Shown piece after piece: positions 8,416 to 17,156 of a stretch of DNA of 50,851 bases. Position 1 is the first letter of the stretch; each line of letters starts with the position of its first letter. The notes under the pieces are model-generated. The model was not told the DNA's origin and ran no database searches. It worked only from the letters and a program-made list of their open reading frames with translations. Origin of the DNA: a virus (taxonomy: Duplodnaviria > Caudoviricetes); IMG/VR virus record IMGVR_UViG_3300021171_000016, positions 1 to 50,851 of that record, one strand, 5' to 3'. The position numbers were made by a program, and so were the translations under genes.

Positions 8416-8546
8416 CCCCTGGTCCATTGGCAACTTGGCAACTTGGCTGATAGGGAGGAATGATTGTGGTATTGTTGGCTTTAGCTGATGTTGCCAAGTT
8501 GCCAGGTGTACATGGATCAGGGGCTGGCAACATATTGGCAACATCA
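8416..8546. repeat. Array of TTGGCAAC-type octamers forming a ~108-nt imperfect palindrome; candidate replication origin or packaging site
   Basis: TTGGCAAC at 8427, 8435 and 8535; CTGGCAAC at 8524; inverted GTTGCCAA at 8490 and GTTGCCAG at 8498; outer arms CCCCTGGTCCAT/ATGGATCAGGGG. Lies in the divergent gap between terS and the primase arm. Confidence 0.7.
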
Positions 8547-8660
8547 TTTTTGACCCGGATCGCACATTCGTTGCAAACAAACGAGGGTTAACTAAAGGTT
8601 AAACACACATCCCAACTCTTTGCCACGACAAAACGATTTTTACCAAAGGGTCGATTTCGC

Positions 8661-8689
8661 TTGGCTCTGTTTTTGCCGACGTGTACGGT
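8661..8689 (+). promoter_or_regulatory. Putative sigma70-type promoter, leaderless
   Basis: TTGGCT-N17-TACGGT. ATG 8696 lies 6 nt after the -10 and has no SD. Confidence 0.45.
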
Positions 8690-8695
8690 CATTAC

Positions 8696-8923
8696 ATGGA
8701 CGGACGAAATTCCAAAATCGGACCACACGGCCTACCTGGAATTACTGCAGGCACGATGCCAACGGTCACACTCACACAGGAGTGGCCCGTCCAGATTGAT
8801 TACGTCGAACAATACTATCAGGTCCATGTTAGTAGTGTGGACGTGGCCGAATACTTCGCCGACGCCTACCGCGAATTGGAACAACACCTCATCGACCGCA
8901 TTCGTCGCGGTTACACCCTCTAA
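8696..8923 (+). CDS. Hypothetical protein
   Basis: 75 aa from ATG 8696. First gene of the plus-strand arm. Confidence 0.6.
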   Translation: MDGRNSKIGPHGLPGITAGTMPTVTLTQEWPVQIDYVEQYYQVHVSSVDVAEYFADAYRELEQHLIDRIRRGYTL

Positions 8924-8941
8924 AATTTCCCTCCTTCCTAT

Positions 8942-10984
8942 ATGGCCTCATTCCTACAAATCGCGTCGGAAGCGTGTGCCCGTGGCCTGAAGGTGATTCC
9001 ACTTTCGCCAGGGCAGAAAAAGCCATTCCTCCCTGATTGGACGAAGCTCTCAAGCAACGACCCAGCACAAATCAAGCAATGGTCCGAACTCTATCCTACA
9101 GCCAACGTGGGGGCAGTGTGCAGCTATGAAAACGGAAACTGGATTCTCGACGTTGACGACTTCAATTGGTTCTTTGAAGCGTGGCCCTTTGAAAAGCTTC
9201 CACAAACATTTACCGTCCGTACTGGTTCAGGCGGTTTGCAGTTTCATTTTAGACACGGCGACAGTTCACGCACTCTGCGAAATTGTTCACTTAAGAACCC
9301 ATCCTATGTGGAGGGCTCACCTGACAAGTCTATCAAAGCAAGCTTTCTGGACGTGCTCATACAGGATCGCCAGGGCGTATTACCTGGGTCGCTTCATCCT
9401 AACGGCAATCTATACAAATCTCTCAACGACCTCCCGCTCGCCGAAATAGACCCCAAGCACCTCGAATGGCTGAAGGGGTTATGGGTCGCGGGGAAGTCGG
9501 TCGCCTGGAAAGCGATGTTGAACCCGCTCAAGCCGGGTGTGGACATCGAAGAAAAACTGAGGCTGGCAGGGCTGAAGTTTACGACCGTCAAAATGGGCGA
9601 CAAGGTCTTCTTCAATTACCACGCCTTGATGGGAAAATGTTTAATCAGAGGAGCGTCACATGCGCAAGCCGGGGAGCGTCCCAACGACCGCCAGTCAGCT
9701 TTTGTTTATGACACCAAAACAAATGAAATCTATCATTACTGCTTCTCAGCGGGATGTTCTGAAGTCCCTGGAAAGACAAAGGTTGCTCTTGAAGCGATTG
9801 GGCTTAAGCTCGCAGACCTTGTGGTCGAGCGTCGAAATAATCCGAGCACGGAAGTAAGAGGGCTGATTGTGAAACGAGGTAGCGATGTCACACCTGCACA
9901 CTTGCGCTTTCTGTGGGAACCGTATCTCGCTCATGGAAAGCTTGTCCATTTCGGAGGCCATTCGGGCCAAGGAAAATCACCAGTTACGATTGACCTCATT
10001 GCTCGCGTTACCAGCGGCCTGTCCTGGCCCGATGGGCAGCCCAACATTATCGGACCACGAAATGTTGTCCTGCTTAACGTCGAAGACGCTTTGGAAGATA
10101 CCATCATTCCACGACTCACACTGTGTGGTGCTGATCTGTCGCGATTCTATTATGTCGAGGGCACGGAATGCAACAAGGGCGACAAGCACGAAGAGATGAT
10201 GTTCACCTTTCAGCAGGATTGGCTCCTGCTGGAGGTGTTGATCCGCGAGCTTAACCCGGCATTGGTCATCATCGACCCTATCACCAACTACCTGGGCCGC
10301 GTGGACATGAACAAGGAAGGCGAGGTTCGCGGCCTGCTCACGCCCATCGCCAAGCTGGCACGCGAGCTAGATTTCGTGCCCATCACGGTAGGCCACTTCA
10401 ACCGCCGTGAGAAAGGGACTAACCCGCTGCAGCGCATGATGGGAGCCGCAGCTTTCGCCGGGATTGCCCGAGGGGTGTACGTCTTTGGCCCTGACCCGGA
10501 CAGCGAGAGCGAGCACGCCCATGTGATGGCGACAGCACGCGGAGCAGTCGGCATGGGTGACGCCCTAAAATATCACACCGAACTCAAGGACTTTGTTTAC
10601 CAGGAGCAGACATCGAAGATTGTGGTGGTTGGCTGGGACGGCGTGAGCTATTCATCGGCAGAAGATACGGTAGACCCACAATCCAAGGGTGATAAGAGCG
10701 ACTTCCTTGCAGCCGCCGATGTGCTCAAGTCATTGCTCAATACAGGCCGTCAGTCGGCAGCCGAGTGCGGACGCTACCTGAAGGCGGCTGGCTATGAGAT
10801 TCAAACGGGCGAGGACAGCAAAGGCATCAACGCCGGACGCCTGCGCAAGAAGATAGGAGCGAAAACGAAGAAGGACGGCAAAGTACACTTCTGGTTCTTG
10901 CCTGATCACGATCACAACACCACGCCCGAACAACCGAACCTACAACCAGTCGTTGAAACGAAAGAAGAGGAGGCACCATTTTGA
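8942..10984 (+). CDS. Bifunctional primase-polymerase (Prim-Pol) fused to a RecA-like AAA_25 helicase
   Basis: VIPLSPGQKKP, ANVGAV, ILDVD, VRTGSGGLQFHF and LPGSLHPNG Prim-Pol motifs. C..H..CFSAGC Zn-like linker. Walker A GHSGQGKS, Walker B VIIDPI. Confidence 0.9.
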   Translation: MASFLQIASEACARGLKVIPLSPGQKKPFLPDWTKLSSNDPAQIKQWSELYPTANVGAVCSYENGNWILDVDDFNWFFEAWPFEKLPQTFTVRTGSGGLQFHFRHGDSSRTLRNCSLKNPSYVEGSPDKSIKASFLDVLIQDRQGVLPGSLHPNGNLYKSLNDLPLAEIDPKHLEWLKGLWVAGKSVAWKAMLNPLKPGVDIEEKLRLAGLKFTTVKMGDKVFFNYHALMGKCLIRGASHAQAGERPNDRQSAFVYDTKTNEIYHYCFSAGCSEVPGKTKVALEAIGLKLADLVVERRNNPSTEVRGLIVKRGSDVTPAHLRFLWEPYLAHGKLVHFGGHSGQGKSPVTIDLIARVTSGLSWPDGQPNIIGPRNVVLLNVEDALEDTIIPRLTLCGADLSRFYYVEGTECNKGDKHEEMMFTFQQDWLLLEVLIRELNPALVIIDPITNYLGRVDMNKEGEVRGLLTPIAKLARELDFVPITVGHFNRREKGTNPLQRMMGAAAFAGIARGVYVFGPDPDSESEHAHVMATARGAVGMGDALKYHTELKDFVYQEQTSKIVVVGWDGVSYSSAEDTVDPQSKGDKSDFLAAADVLKSLLNTGRQSAAECGRYLKAAGYEIQTGEDSKGINAGRLRKKIGAKTKKDGKVHFWFLPDHDHNTTPEQPNLQPVVETKEEEAPF

Positions 10985-11163
10985 GCATTCCCGAAAAAGT
11001 ACGCTGCTCGATTAACCGCAAGTGGTTTGTAGACACGTACTGCAACCCCGCCGACAAGGGCACCGAAGTCTATAGCTGGTGCGAGGACCCGATACACGGC
11101 AAGCCCGTTGCCTTGCTTTCGGCTAAACACGAAGCCGAGCATGACCGGAGGCATCATCAATGA
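10981..11163 (+). CDS. Hypothetical protein
   Basis: 60 aa, 4-nt overlaps with both neighbours. Confidence 0.55.
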   Translation: MSIPEKVRCSINRKWFVDTYCNPADKGTEVYSWCEDPIHGKPVALLSAKHEAEHDRRHHQ

Positions 11164-11945
11164 AGTACCTGGGCAGCAAGGCAAAGATCGCCGACGAGAT
11201 TCTCCCTATCATCCTCGCCAATCGTAAGCCCTGGCAGTTGTATGTTGAGCCGTTCGTCGGCGGAGCGAATACGCTCATCCGCGTGACTGGCAACCGCTTG
11301 GCATCGGACAAGAACCCGTTCCTTATAGCGCTGTTGATTGCGTTGCGCGACGGCTGGGAACCGCCTGCCGTGGTCACCGAAGGAGAGTACAAGGCAGCTA
11401 TGGTGAAATCAAAAAGCTACGACCGCTTGCGCTGGACGCCGGAACAACTTAACACCGAGATTGCTCGTATTGGCTACATCGGCCTCGCGTGCAGCTTCGG
11501 CGCAAAGTTCTTCGGCGGTATTGCACGCAAGGCGAAACGGACAACACGCCGCGAGACAGATGTAATCGAGTTCGATTCGCGGCAGGCGTTCATGGATCAC
11601 GCGCCCGCGTTGCAAGGTGTGGAGTTCCGTTGTGGCAGCTTCATGTCGCTTGAGGTGCCGGGTAGTTCCATCGTCTATTGTGATCCACCTTACGAGGCGA
11701 CCACAGGCTATAACTATTCCATCGGCAACTTCAGCGAGTTCTGGGCGTGGTGCGATGGTCTTGTCGAACGTGGCTGCGAGGTGTTCGTCTCCGGGTATCA
11801 CCTCGAACGCCGCTGGCGTGCCGTATGGCAGCGTGTGGTGACAACCAACGTCGCCATCGCGGACGGCTTGAAGAAGCTGGCAACCGAACGCACCGAGCTG
11901 CTGATGCAGCGGGAGGATCAATGGCAAGCTGGCTTCGCGGGCTGA
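11160..11945 (+). CDS. DNA N6-adenine methyltransferase (Dam/D12 class), orphan
   Basis: MKYLGSK, YVEPFVGGAN (SAM-binding) and VYCDPPY (catalytic). Confidence 0.9.
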   Translation: MKYLGSKAKIADEILPIILANRKPWQLYVEPFVGGANTLIRVTGNRLASDKNPFLIALLIALRDGWEPPAVVTEGEYKAAMVKSKSYDRLRWTPEQLNTEIARIGYIGLACSFGAKFFGGIARKAKRTTRRETDVIEFDSRQAFMDHAPALQGVEFRCGSFMSLEVPGSSIVYCDPPYEATTGYNYSIGNFSEFWAWCDGLVERGCEVFVSGYHLERRWRAVWQRVVTTNVAIADGLKKLATERTELLMQREDQWQAGFAG

Positions 11946-12124
11946 CACAAGCGCAGATTGACCGTGCCGTCGTCCTGCGATGGCGTGACCGGATACCAGC
12001 AGCCGAGGTGCTGCGCATCGTGCTCGACATTGAGACGCTCGTCGTCGAAGACATCGACCACGTAGAGTATGTGACGGATTGGCCAGGGTCGAAGATGCCA
12101 AACCTAGAGGAGTATGACTTTTGA
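11921..12124 (+). CDS. Hypothetical protein (MASWLRGLTQAQIDRAV...)
   Basis: GGAGG RBS before ATG 11921, 67 aa. Confidence 0.55.
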   Translation: MASWLRGLTQAQIDRAVVLRWRDRIPAAEVLRIVLDIETLVVEDIDHVEYVTDWPGSKMPNLEEYDF

Positions 12125-12285
12125 GTGACACCTGTTATGAGACACGCGTAATGGACGCTTGGATACAGGACAACAAAAACAACCACAAAGTAATCGTGTG
12201 GTTGATGGCTCACGAACCGCCGAAGACCTGGATGGGCACGCGGTTAGAGTGGGCATTTTGTCAGATCGTTGCGCCACGCCTCTGA
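12121..12285 (+). CDS. Hypothetical 54-aa protein
   Basis: TTG start overlapping the previous TGA, with a GAGGAG RBS. Reads (M)SDTCYETRVMDAWIQDNKNNHKVIVWLMAHEPPKTWMGTRLEWAFCQIVAPRL. Confidence 0.4.
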   Translation: MSDTCYETRVMDAWIQDNKNNHKVIVWLMAHEPPKTWMGTRLEWAFCQIVAPRL

Positions 12286-12373
12286 CAAAAATTCCTGAGC
12301 ACAACGTCCCTTCGGTGATACGGCGATTTTTTATTGCTAGTCGTGTATGGTGAAAGGGTGAGGGAAAAAATGA

Positions 12374-12565
12374 ATGCAATTATGGCAAGAAGTCCGCGAC
12401 GAGTTTCGCAAACAATGTGAAACCGACTTATTCTTACTGAGACGTTATCGTGAAAAGATGTCTAACAGCATTGTGCAAGCTTGGAAGGACGGCGTCTATT
12501 TTGATGTCAGCGAGTTTGACCGTGCAATGGCTCGCATGATCTTGGAGGTTAGTCCAATAGTATGA
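12374..12565 (+). CDS. Hypothetical protein
   Basis: 63 aa, purine-rich RBS. Confidence 0.55.
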   Translation: MQLWQEVRDEFRKQCETDLFLLRRYREKMSNSIVQAWKDGVYFDVSEFDRAMARMILEVSPIV

Positions 12566-12726
12566 AAGTCACTATTACAACCCGCGACGATAGAGTATTT
12601 GACCTCAATGCTGCTTGTGACCGTGCGACCGTGCTCACTGAGATTCGTAAGGTTTGGGGATTTTGGACAGCCGACAAGAAGACGTTCTTTCCGTGGCACG
12701 CGATAAAGAGTATATCCTTTGATTGA
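12562..12726 (+). CDS. Hypothetical 54-aa protein (MKVTITTRDDRVFDL...)
   Basis: ATGA overlap, GGAGG upstream, fills the gap before the helicase. Confidence 0.55.
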   Translation: MKVTITTRDDRVFDLNAACDRATVLTEIRKVWGFWTADKKTFFPWHAIKSISFD

Positions 12727-14257
12727 AGTCAATCCAACCCGATTCAAACTGGAGCCTTGGAACCATCAGCTTCAGGGCGTGCGCGACCTCGTCAACCATC
12801 CCATCTTCGCTTTGTGGTGGGAGATGCGCCTGGGCAAGACAGGCACCGTGATTAACGCGGCCTGCGTGTTGCACGAAGCCGAGTTGCTTGACACGCTCGT
12901 CATTGCTTGCCCTGCCCAAGTCAAAGATGTGTGGTTGGATCGCGAGTTGGGTGAGATAAATAAACATTGTTATGTTCCGTTTTCCGTCCTAAATTATGAC
13001 GTTGGTAAGGAAGAGTTCATCGAACTCTTCGTAGACAGTCTTGCTGGCTTGAAGTTCATTGTAACCAGCGTAGAGTTCCTGCGCCAGACCAACGCCCAGG
13101 AAAAATTCGAGAAGGCCGTTCGTTTACACAAGGCGGTCACGGGCCTCAAGTGGATGTTCGTACTCGACGAAGCCTCAGTGGTTGCCAACTACAAAGCCTT
13201 GCAGACGCGGGCCTGTGAGTTGCTGCGCGAGGATGCGCCTCGTGTGGTGCTGCTGGATGGCACGCCCGTGGGCAATTCCAACACCGACCTATACAGCAAG
13301 TTCCATATGTTGGCTCCGTGGATTCTCGGCTATGATAACTACTTTCACTTTCGCGCTGTGCATTGCAAACTGGAAAATCAGATTATATGGACGAAGGCTA
13401 AGGGCAAAGCTGCTGTCAAGAAGCTTGTGTCCAAGGTGTGCGGGTTTCAAAAACTAGACATCATCACCCGCAAAGGCGCTCCGTACTGCTCGCGGCTGGA
13501 GCAGAAGGATTGCCTGGACATGCCAGAAAAGATTCCCGAGTTTCTTACCGTCAACCTTTCCGCTAAAACATGGAAGGTCTACTGCCAGATGCGCGACACC
13601 ATGATTGCCGACCTTGACAGCGGTCGGCTCGCGGTGCAGCACGCGGCCAGCAAGTCACTACGCCTCGCGCAAATCTGCGCGGGGTTCCTGGGAGGGTTCA
13701 CCAATGATCTTACCGAAGAGACCGAGGTTCGTGAGTTGTCTGACGAAAGCACTAAAGCAATTGTGGAATGGATCGCCGCGAGACGCCTGGAACGACCTGA
13801 CTTCAAGGCTGTTATTTATTGCCGATGGCGACCCGAGATTACTCGGCTTATTGGATTGCTTGCAGGAGTGGTTCCCACAGCCTACAAGTATGGAGGGAAT
13901 GAGTTCGGTTTGGAATGGTTCCACCCAGATACACAGCATACGACCGGAGCATTACTGGTTGCTCAGCCTCAAGCAACTCGCTACGGATACAACTTCAGTC
14001 GAGCTGACACTGTCGTTTACTTGTCCTCGGACTACGACCGAGTCACCCGCAGTCAAAGCTTGGAGAGAGTTCAGGCCAGCAAGGAGCAGCTTGCAAGAAT
14101 TGGGATTCAGCGGCAACACATCCTCGTTTTAGAGGTCCTGGTGTGCGGCCCGAAGGGCGAGCACACCATCACCTGGGACATTAAGCGGTCCATCGACACC
14201 AAGGAGACGGTTGCTAACCGTACAGTGGCGCAGTGGAAGCGGGCATTGGAGGAATGA
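12719..14257 (+). CDS. SNF2-family (SF2) helicase/ATPase
   Basis: LEPWNHQ, WEMRLGKT (Walker A), VLDEAS (Walker B), LLDGTP, DLYSKF and YGYNFSRAD. Confidence 0.88.
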   Translation: MIEVNPTRFKLEPWNHQLQGVRDLVNHPIFALWWEMRLGKTGTVINAACVLHEAELLDTLVIACPAQVKDVWLDRELGEINKHCYVPFSVLNYDVGKEEFIELFVDSLAGLKFIVTSVEFLRQTNAQEKFEKAVRLHKAVTGLKWMFVLDEASVVANYKALQTRACELLREDAPRVVLLDGTPVGNSNTDLYSKFHMLAPWILGYDNYFHFRAVHCKLENQIIWTKAKGKAAVKKLVSKVCGFQKLDIITRKGAPYCSRLEQKDCLDMPEKIPEFLTVNLSAKTWKVYCQMRDTMIADLDSGRLAVQHAASKSLRLAQICAGFLGGFTNDLTEETEVRELSDESTKAIVEWIAARRLERPDFKAVIYCRWRPEITRLIGLLAGVVPTAYKYGGNEFGLEWFHPDTQHTTGALLVAQPQATRYGYNFSRADTVVYLSSDYDRVTRSQSLERVQASKEQLARIGIQRQHILVLEVLVCGPKGEHTITWDIKRSIDTKETVANRTVAQWKRALEE

Positions 14258-14419
14258 ATGTTTGTAGACCAGCTTCGTAAGTACGAGATTGTGCAAGATA
14301 AAAAGTACTGGCTGTTTCGCAAGACGCGACCAACGTGCTTCGGCGACAACAGACACCGACCGCGTAATCTATCAACCAGTCGACTACTACCAACGAGAAA
14401 GACGGTGACGCTTGGCTAA
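14258..14419 (+). CDS. Hypothetical basic 53-aa protein
   Basis: ATG directly after the helicase stop with a GGAGG RBS. Reads MFVDQLRKYEIVQDKKYWLFRK... Confidence 0.45.
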   Translation: MFVDQLRKYEIVQDKKYWLFRKTRPTCFGDNRHRPRNLSTSRLLPTRKTVTLG

Positions 14420-15005
14420 GGCGCAGAAGTGGTCGTTCTTAAAAGGCCTGTATCCGAAGCTGGGCATCGACCCCGACCAGCGGGCAATCTATCAGGCGTT
14501 CTGGGATTCGCCAGCCGACGCCCTGGTGACGTACTCGATTGAGAAAGTCGAGCACAGTGGCAAGGACGACGCCCTGCGCGTCAAGGACATGGACAACGAG
14601 AACCTATGCGAGCGCTATAACAAGGCCCGCATCCTGAAGGATAAGTTCGACGCCGTCTCCAGCATCTTGGATGGCGAAATCCAGGCGATGACCCGGCTCT
14701 TCGTGGAGCGCTTCGAAGACGACGGGGTCACGTCCTGTACGTTCGACAGTGGGATTTCCATCGGCACCAGCGAGGAGCCATACCCACAGGTCAAGGATAA
14801 AGTGAAGTTTCTTGCATGGATACACGAGAAAGGGTTGGCGGGTCTCCTCACGCTGAACCCGCAGACGATGGCCTCCCTGGTCAAAGATCGTCTGATAGGT
14901 AAGGTAAACGAACCACTGCCGCCAGGGGTGGAGGTATTTATGAAACCTAAACTAACCAGACGAGGCGGGGGGAAAGAGACCGCCGAAGGAGAAGATAATG
15001 GTTGA
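14412..15005 (+). CDS. Conserved phage replication-module protein (coiled coil plus KFLAWI...NPQT...PPGV)
   Basis: Motif pattern I recall from proteins found just upstream of phage SSB genes in PolA/SNF2 modules. Confidence 0.55.
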   Translation: MAKAQKWSFLKGLYPKLGIDPDQRAIYQAFWDSPADALVTYSIEKVEHSGKDDALRVKDMDNENLCERYNKARILKDKFDAVSSILDGEIQAMTRLFVERFEDDGVTSCTFDSGISIGTSEEPYPQVKDKVKFLAWIHEKGLAGLLTLNPQTMASLVKDRLIGKVNEPLPPGVEVFMKPKLTRRGGGKETAEGEDNG

Positions 15006-15774
15006 TTTCGCAGCACTGACGGTACGCCAAAACGAGCAGGCGTTGGCAAACATCCCCAAACACTTGCTGAAGTACGCAGGCCAGAAACTTGGTAGCGAGA
15101 ACGTCGAACGCGAGGACTTGCTCATCCCACGCCTGAGCATTGCGCAGAGCCTGTCGCCGGAACTGAAGAAGACGAACGAGGCCTACATTCCCGAACTGAA
15201 GCTGGGCGATGTCTTTAACACAGTAACCCACGAAATATACGGCGACGAAAGCATCGAGTTGACGGTCATCCCGCTGTCGTTCTACAAGAACTACATCACC
15301 TTTAAGAAAGGTGGAGGCGTGGAGAAGATGTACGATCACAAGAGCCAAGTGCCTCCGGCTGATCTTCAATTCACCGAGAACGCGGCTAAGGAATCGGTGA
15401 AGCCGCTCTGCACGGAGTTCAGAAACTTCCTGATATTAAAGCTGTCCGAGAACGCACGGCCCGCGATGATGTGCGTCAGCTTCAAGTCGTCGGGAACGAA
15501 ACAGGCAAAGCAGTGGAACTCCTACATCGACGCCACGAAGCTCCCGGCGTTCGCTCGCACCTATCGGCTTTCGGTCGTCGAGAAGGTGGACGGCCAGAAC
15601 AGTTGGTATCAGTTCGTGGTCACGCCAGACGTATTCGCTCCAGAAGAGTTCTTCAATGAAGCCAAAGCGTACTTCGACCAGATTACGAAGGAAGGCTTCA
15701 AGGTTGACACGAGCGGCCTGGACGAAGACGAGTCGAACGGTCAGACGATTGACCAAGAAGCTCCGGGGTTCTAA
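14998..15774 (+). CDS. Putative single-stranded DNA-binding protein
   Basis: EDLLIPRLSIAQSLSPE N-terminus, OB-like beta pattern, and acidic tail ending in Phe (DEDES...EAPGF). Confidence 0.6.
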   Translation: MVDFAALTVRQNEQALANIPKHLLKYAGQKLGSENVEREDLLIPRLSIAQSLSPELKKTNEAYIPELKLGDVFNTVTHEIYGDESIELTVIPLSFYKNYITFKKGGGVEKMYDHKSQVPPADLQFTENAAKESVKPLCTEFRNFLILKLSENARPAMMCVSFKSSGTKQAKQWNSYIDATKLPAFARTYRLSVVEKVDGQNSWYQFVVTPDVFAPEEFFNEAKAYFDQITKEGFKVDTSGLDEDESNGQTIDQEAPGF

Positions 15775-15800
15775 CAGCATCTTGCGACACGTCGCGGGTA

Positions 15801-15945
15801 GGGTGTCGGTTGGGCGAGGAAGACTGGCCGCAACACGCCAGCAGGTTAAAGCCTGACGCAGATAAAGTCGGTGACCGCTATCAGCTTCTGCAAAGCAAAA
15901 GCATAGGTCACTGGCGCATCCGTTCGAATCGGATACTGACATCCG
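15801..15945 (+). ncRNA. Expanded tRNA-like structured RNA (~144 nt)
   Basis: Canonical T-arm ATCCG-TTCGAAT-CGGAT (15918-15934) directly followed by ACTGACATCC, which pairs with 5' GGGTGTCGGT (15801-15810). Three internal hairpins. Intergenic. Confidence 0.65.
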
Positions 15946-15966
15946 GTACTTTTATAAGGAGAATCA

Positions 15967-16599
15967 ATGCGATATATAGAAGCTGATCGTGACCACTTCG
16001 CAGCGGTCGTCCGCACATGGTGCGAGATGTTCAAAGAACGCCATGACTTTGTTCGCACCTTCACAGGCAAGAAGTGGTATCACAACGCACCGGAACCAGA
16101 CGACGTGGACTTCCGCGACATCGCGCACGCCCTCTCGAACATCACCCGCTACACTGGACATCTCAATGTGTTTTATTCGGTCGCCGAGCATTCGGTGCGA
16201 GTATCGCGGCTGGTGCCCAGGTGTGATGCGAAGGAAGCGCTGCTGCACGACGCTGCCGAGGCCTACCTTAACGACTTGTCGCGACCCTTCAAGCGGTCGC
16301 CAGGGATGGAGGTCTACAAATACTACGAGGCCATCACCGACGCGGCAATCGAGACGCATTTCGGTATTCGCTCGCGTCCCGACTCGGTGACCTACGCCGA
16401 CACCGTTTGTCTTTTCTGGGAGAAGCGCGACCTATTCTCCGTGCTCGAAGACAAGGACATCGACTGGCATACCTGGGCCGCAGCGAAGGGTCCATGCAAT
16501 CTTGAGGATGTTCCACCACAGCCGCTTATACCGTGGTCGGCGGCACGGGCTGAGGTTGCTTTCACGCAACGCTGGGAAGATCTAGGAGGAAAACTATGA
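15967..16599 (+). CDS. HD-domain phosphohydrolase (YfbR/YfdR-like 5'-deoxynucleotidase)
   Basis: DIAHALSNITRYTGH, YSVAEHSV and ALLHDAAEAYLND. Confidence 0.85.
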   Translation: MRYIEADRDHFAAVVRTWCEMFKERHDFVRTFTGKKWYHNAPEPDDVDFRDIAHALSNITRYTGHLNVFYSVAEHSVRVSRLVPRCDAKEALLHDAAEAYLNDLSRPFKRSPGMEVYKYYEAITDAAIETHFGIRSRPDSVTYADTVCLFWEKRDLFSVLEDKDIDWHTWAAAKGPCNLEDVPPQPLIPWSAARAEVAFTQRWEDLGGKL

Positions 16600-17156
16600 C
16601 GCACATTGCTCACTACGAACGGCCAATAGGCGCAGTCAAACACGACGCCGGGAAGTCGCCCGTCATGCGTGGCTGCTTCCAATATTTCCCGCGAGCACTG
16701 AAGGCAATCGCCGACATCTCAGCCTTCGGCTACGAAAAATATAAAGAGTGGGATGGCTGGCGTCGGGTCGCGGACGGCCTCGGGCGTTATTCGGACGCTG
16801 TCGGGCGTCATCTCTTGGCGGAAACCAGCGAGGGGTTGTATGACCCCGAATCGAACCTGCTTCATGCGGCCCACGCTGCCTGGGGTGCCTGCGCAAGGCT
16901 TGAGAAAATGTTGGAGGATGGCACGCCACTACGGAAGCTGCCTTGTCCCTGTGGAGGACGGTGCGCTGTTGAGTTATACGAGGTTGATCCTATAAGCAAC
17001 CTAATTGATGAAGGCGACCTGATCGCGGCTGCCGTCGCGCATGTTCCTTTTACCACACTGTACAATGACGAAGCAGAACTAATATTCGAGCGCGTCCGCG
17101 CCAACTATCATCCGAACGCAGTCGCGCTCGACCACCTACCTGAAGGGAGCCATTGA
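16596..17156 (+). CDS. DUF5664 / dATP-dGTP diphosphohydrolase-like protein
   Basis: KHDAGKSP, FGYEKY...WR, RYSDAVGRHL and DPESNLLHAAHAAW. Confidence 0.8.
   Translation: MTHIAHYERPIGAVKHDAGKSPVMRGCFQYFPRALKAIADISAFGYEKYKEWDGWRRVADGLGRYSDAVGRHLLAETSEGLYDPESNLLHAAHAAWGACARLEKMLEDGTPLRKLPCPCGGRCAVELYEVDPISNLIDEGDLIAAAVAHVPFTTLYNDEAELIFERVRANYHPNAVALDHLPEGSH

Noticed and set aside
8416-8546. CRISPR array
   Set aside because: The repeats are 8 bp, in both orientations, without unique 30-40 bp spacers. No cas genes.
8924-8941. Anti-SD-like CCTCCTT in place of an RBS before the primase gene
   Set aside because: Real sequence, but a single short motif with no identifiable pairing partner or reverse-strand ORF. 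Not enough to call it regulatory.
15801-15945. Canonical tRNA or tmRNA
   Set aside because: The interior is far too long for a tRNA, with no clean D-arm or anticodon arm and no encoded CCA. It is too short for tmRNA and has no tag ORF. Kept as tRNA-like ncRNA.
15967-17156. 2-aminoadenine (Z) genome system
   Set aside because: HD and DUF5664 hydrolases are present, but no PurZ/adenylosuccinate-synthetase-like ORF is visible.
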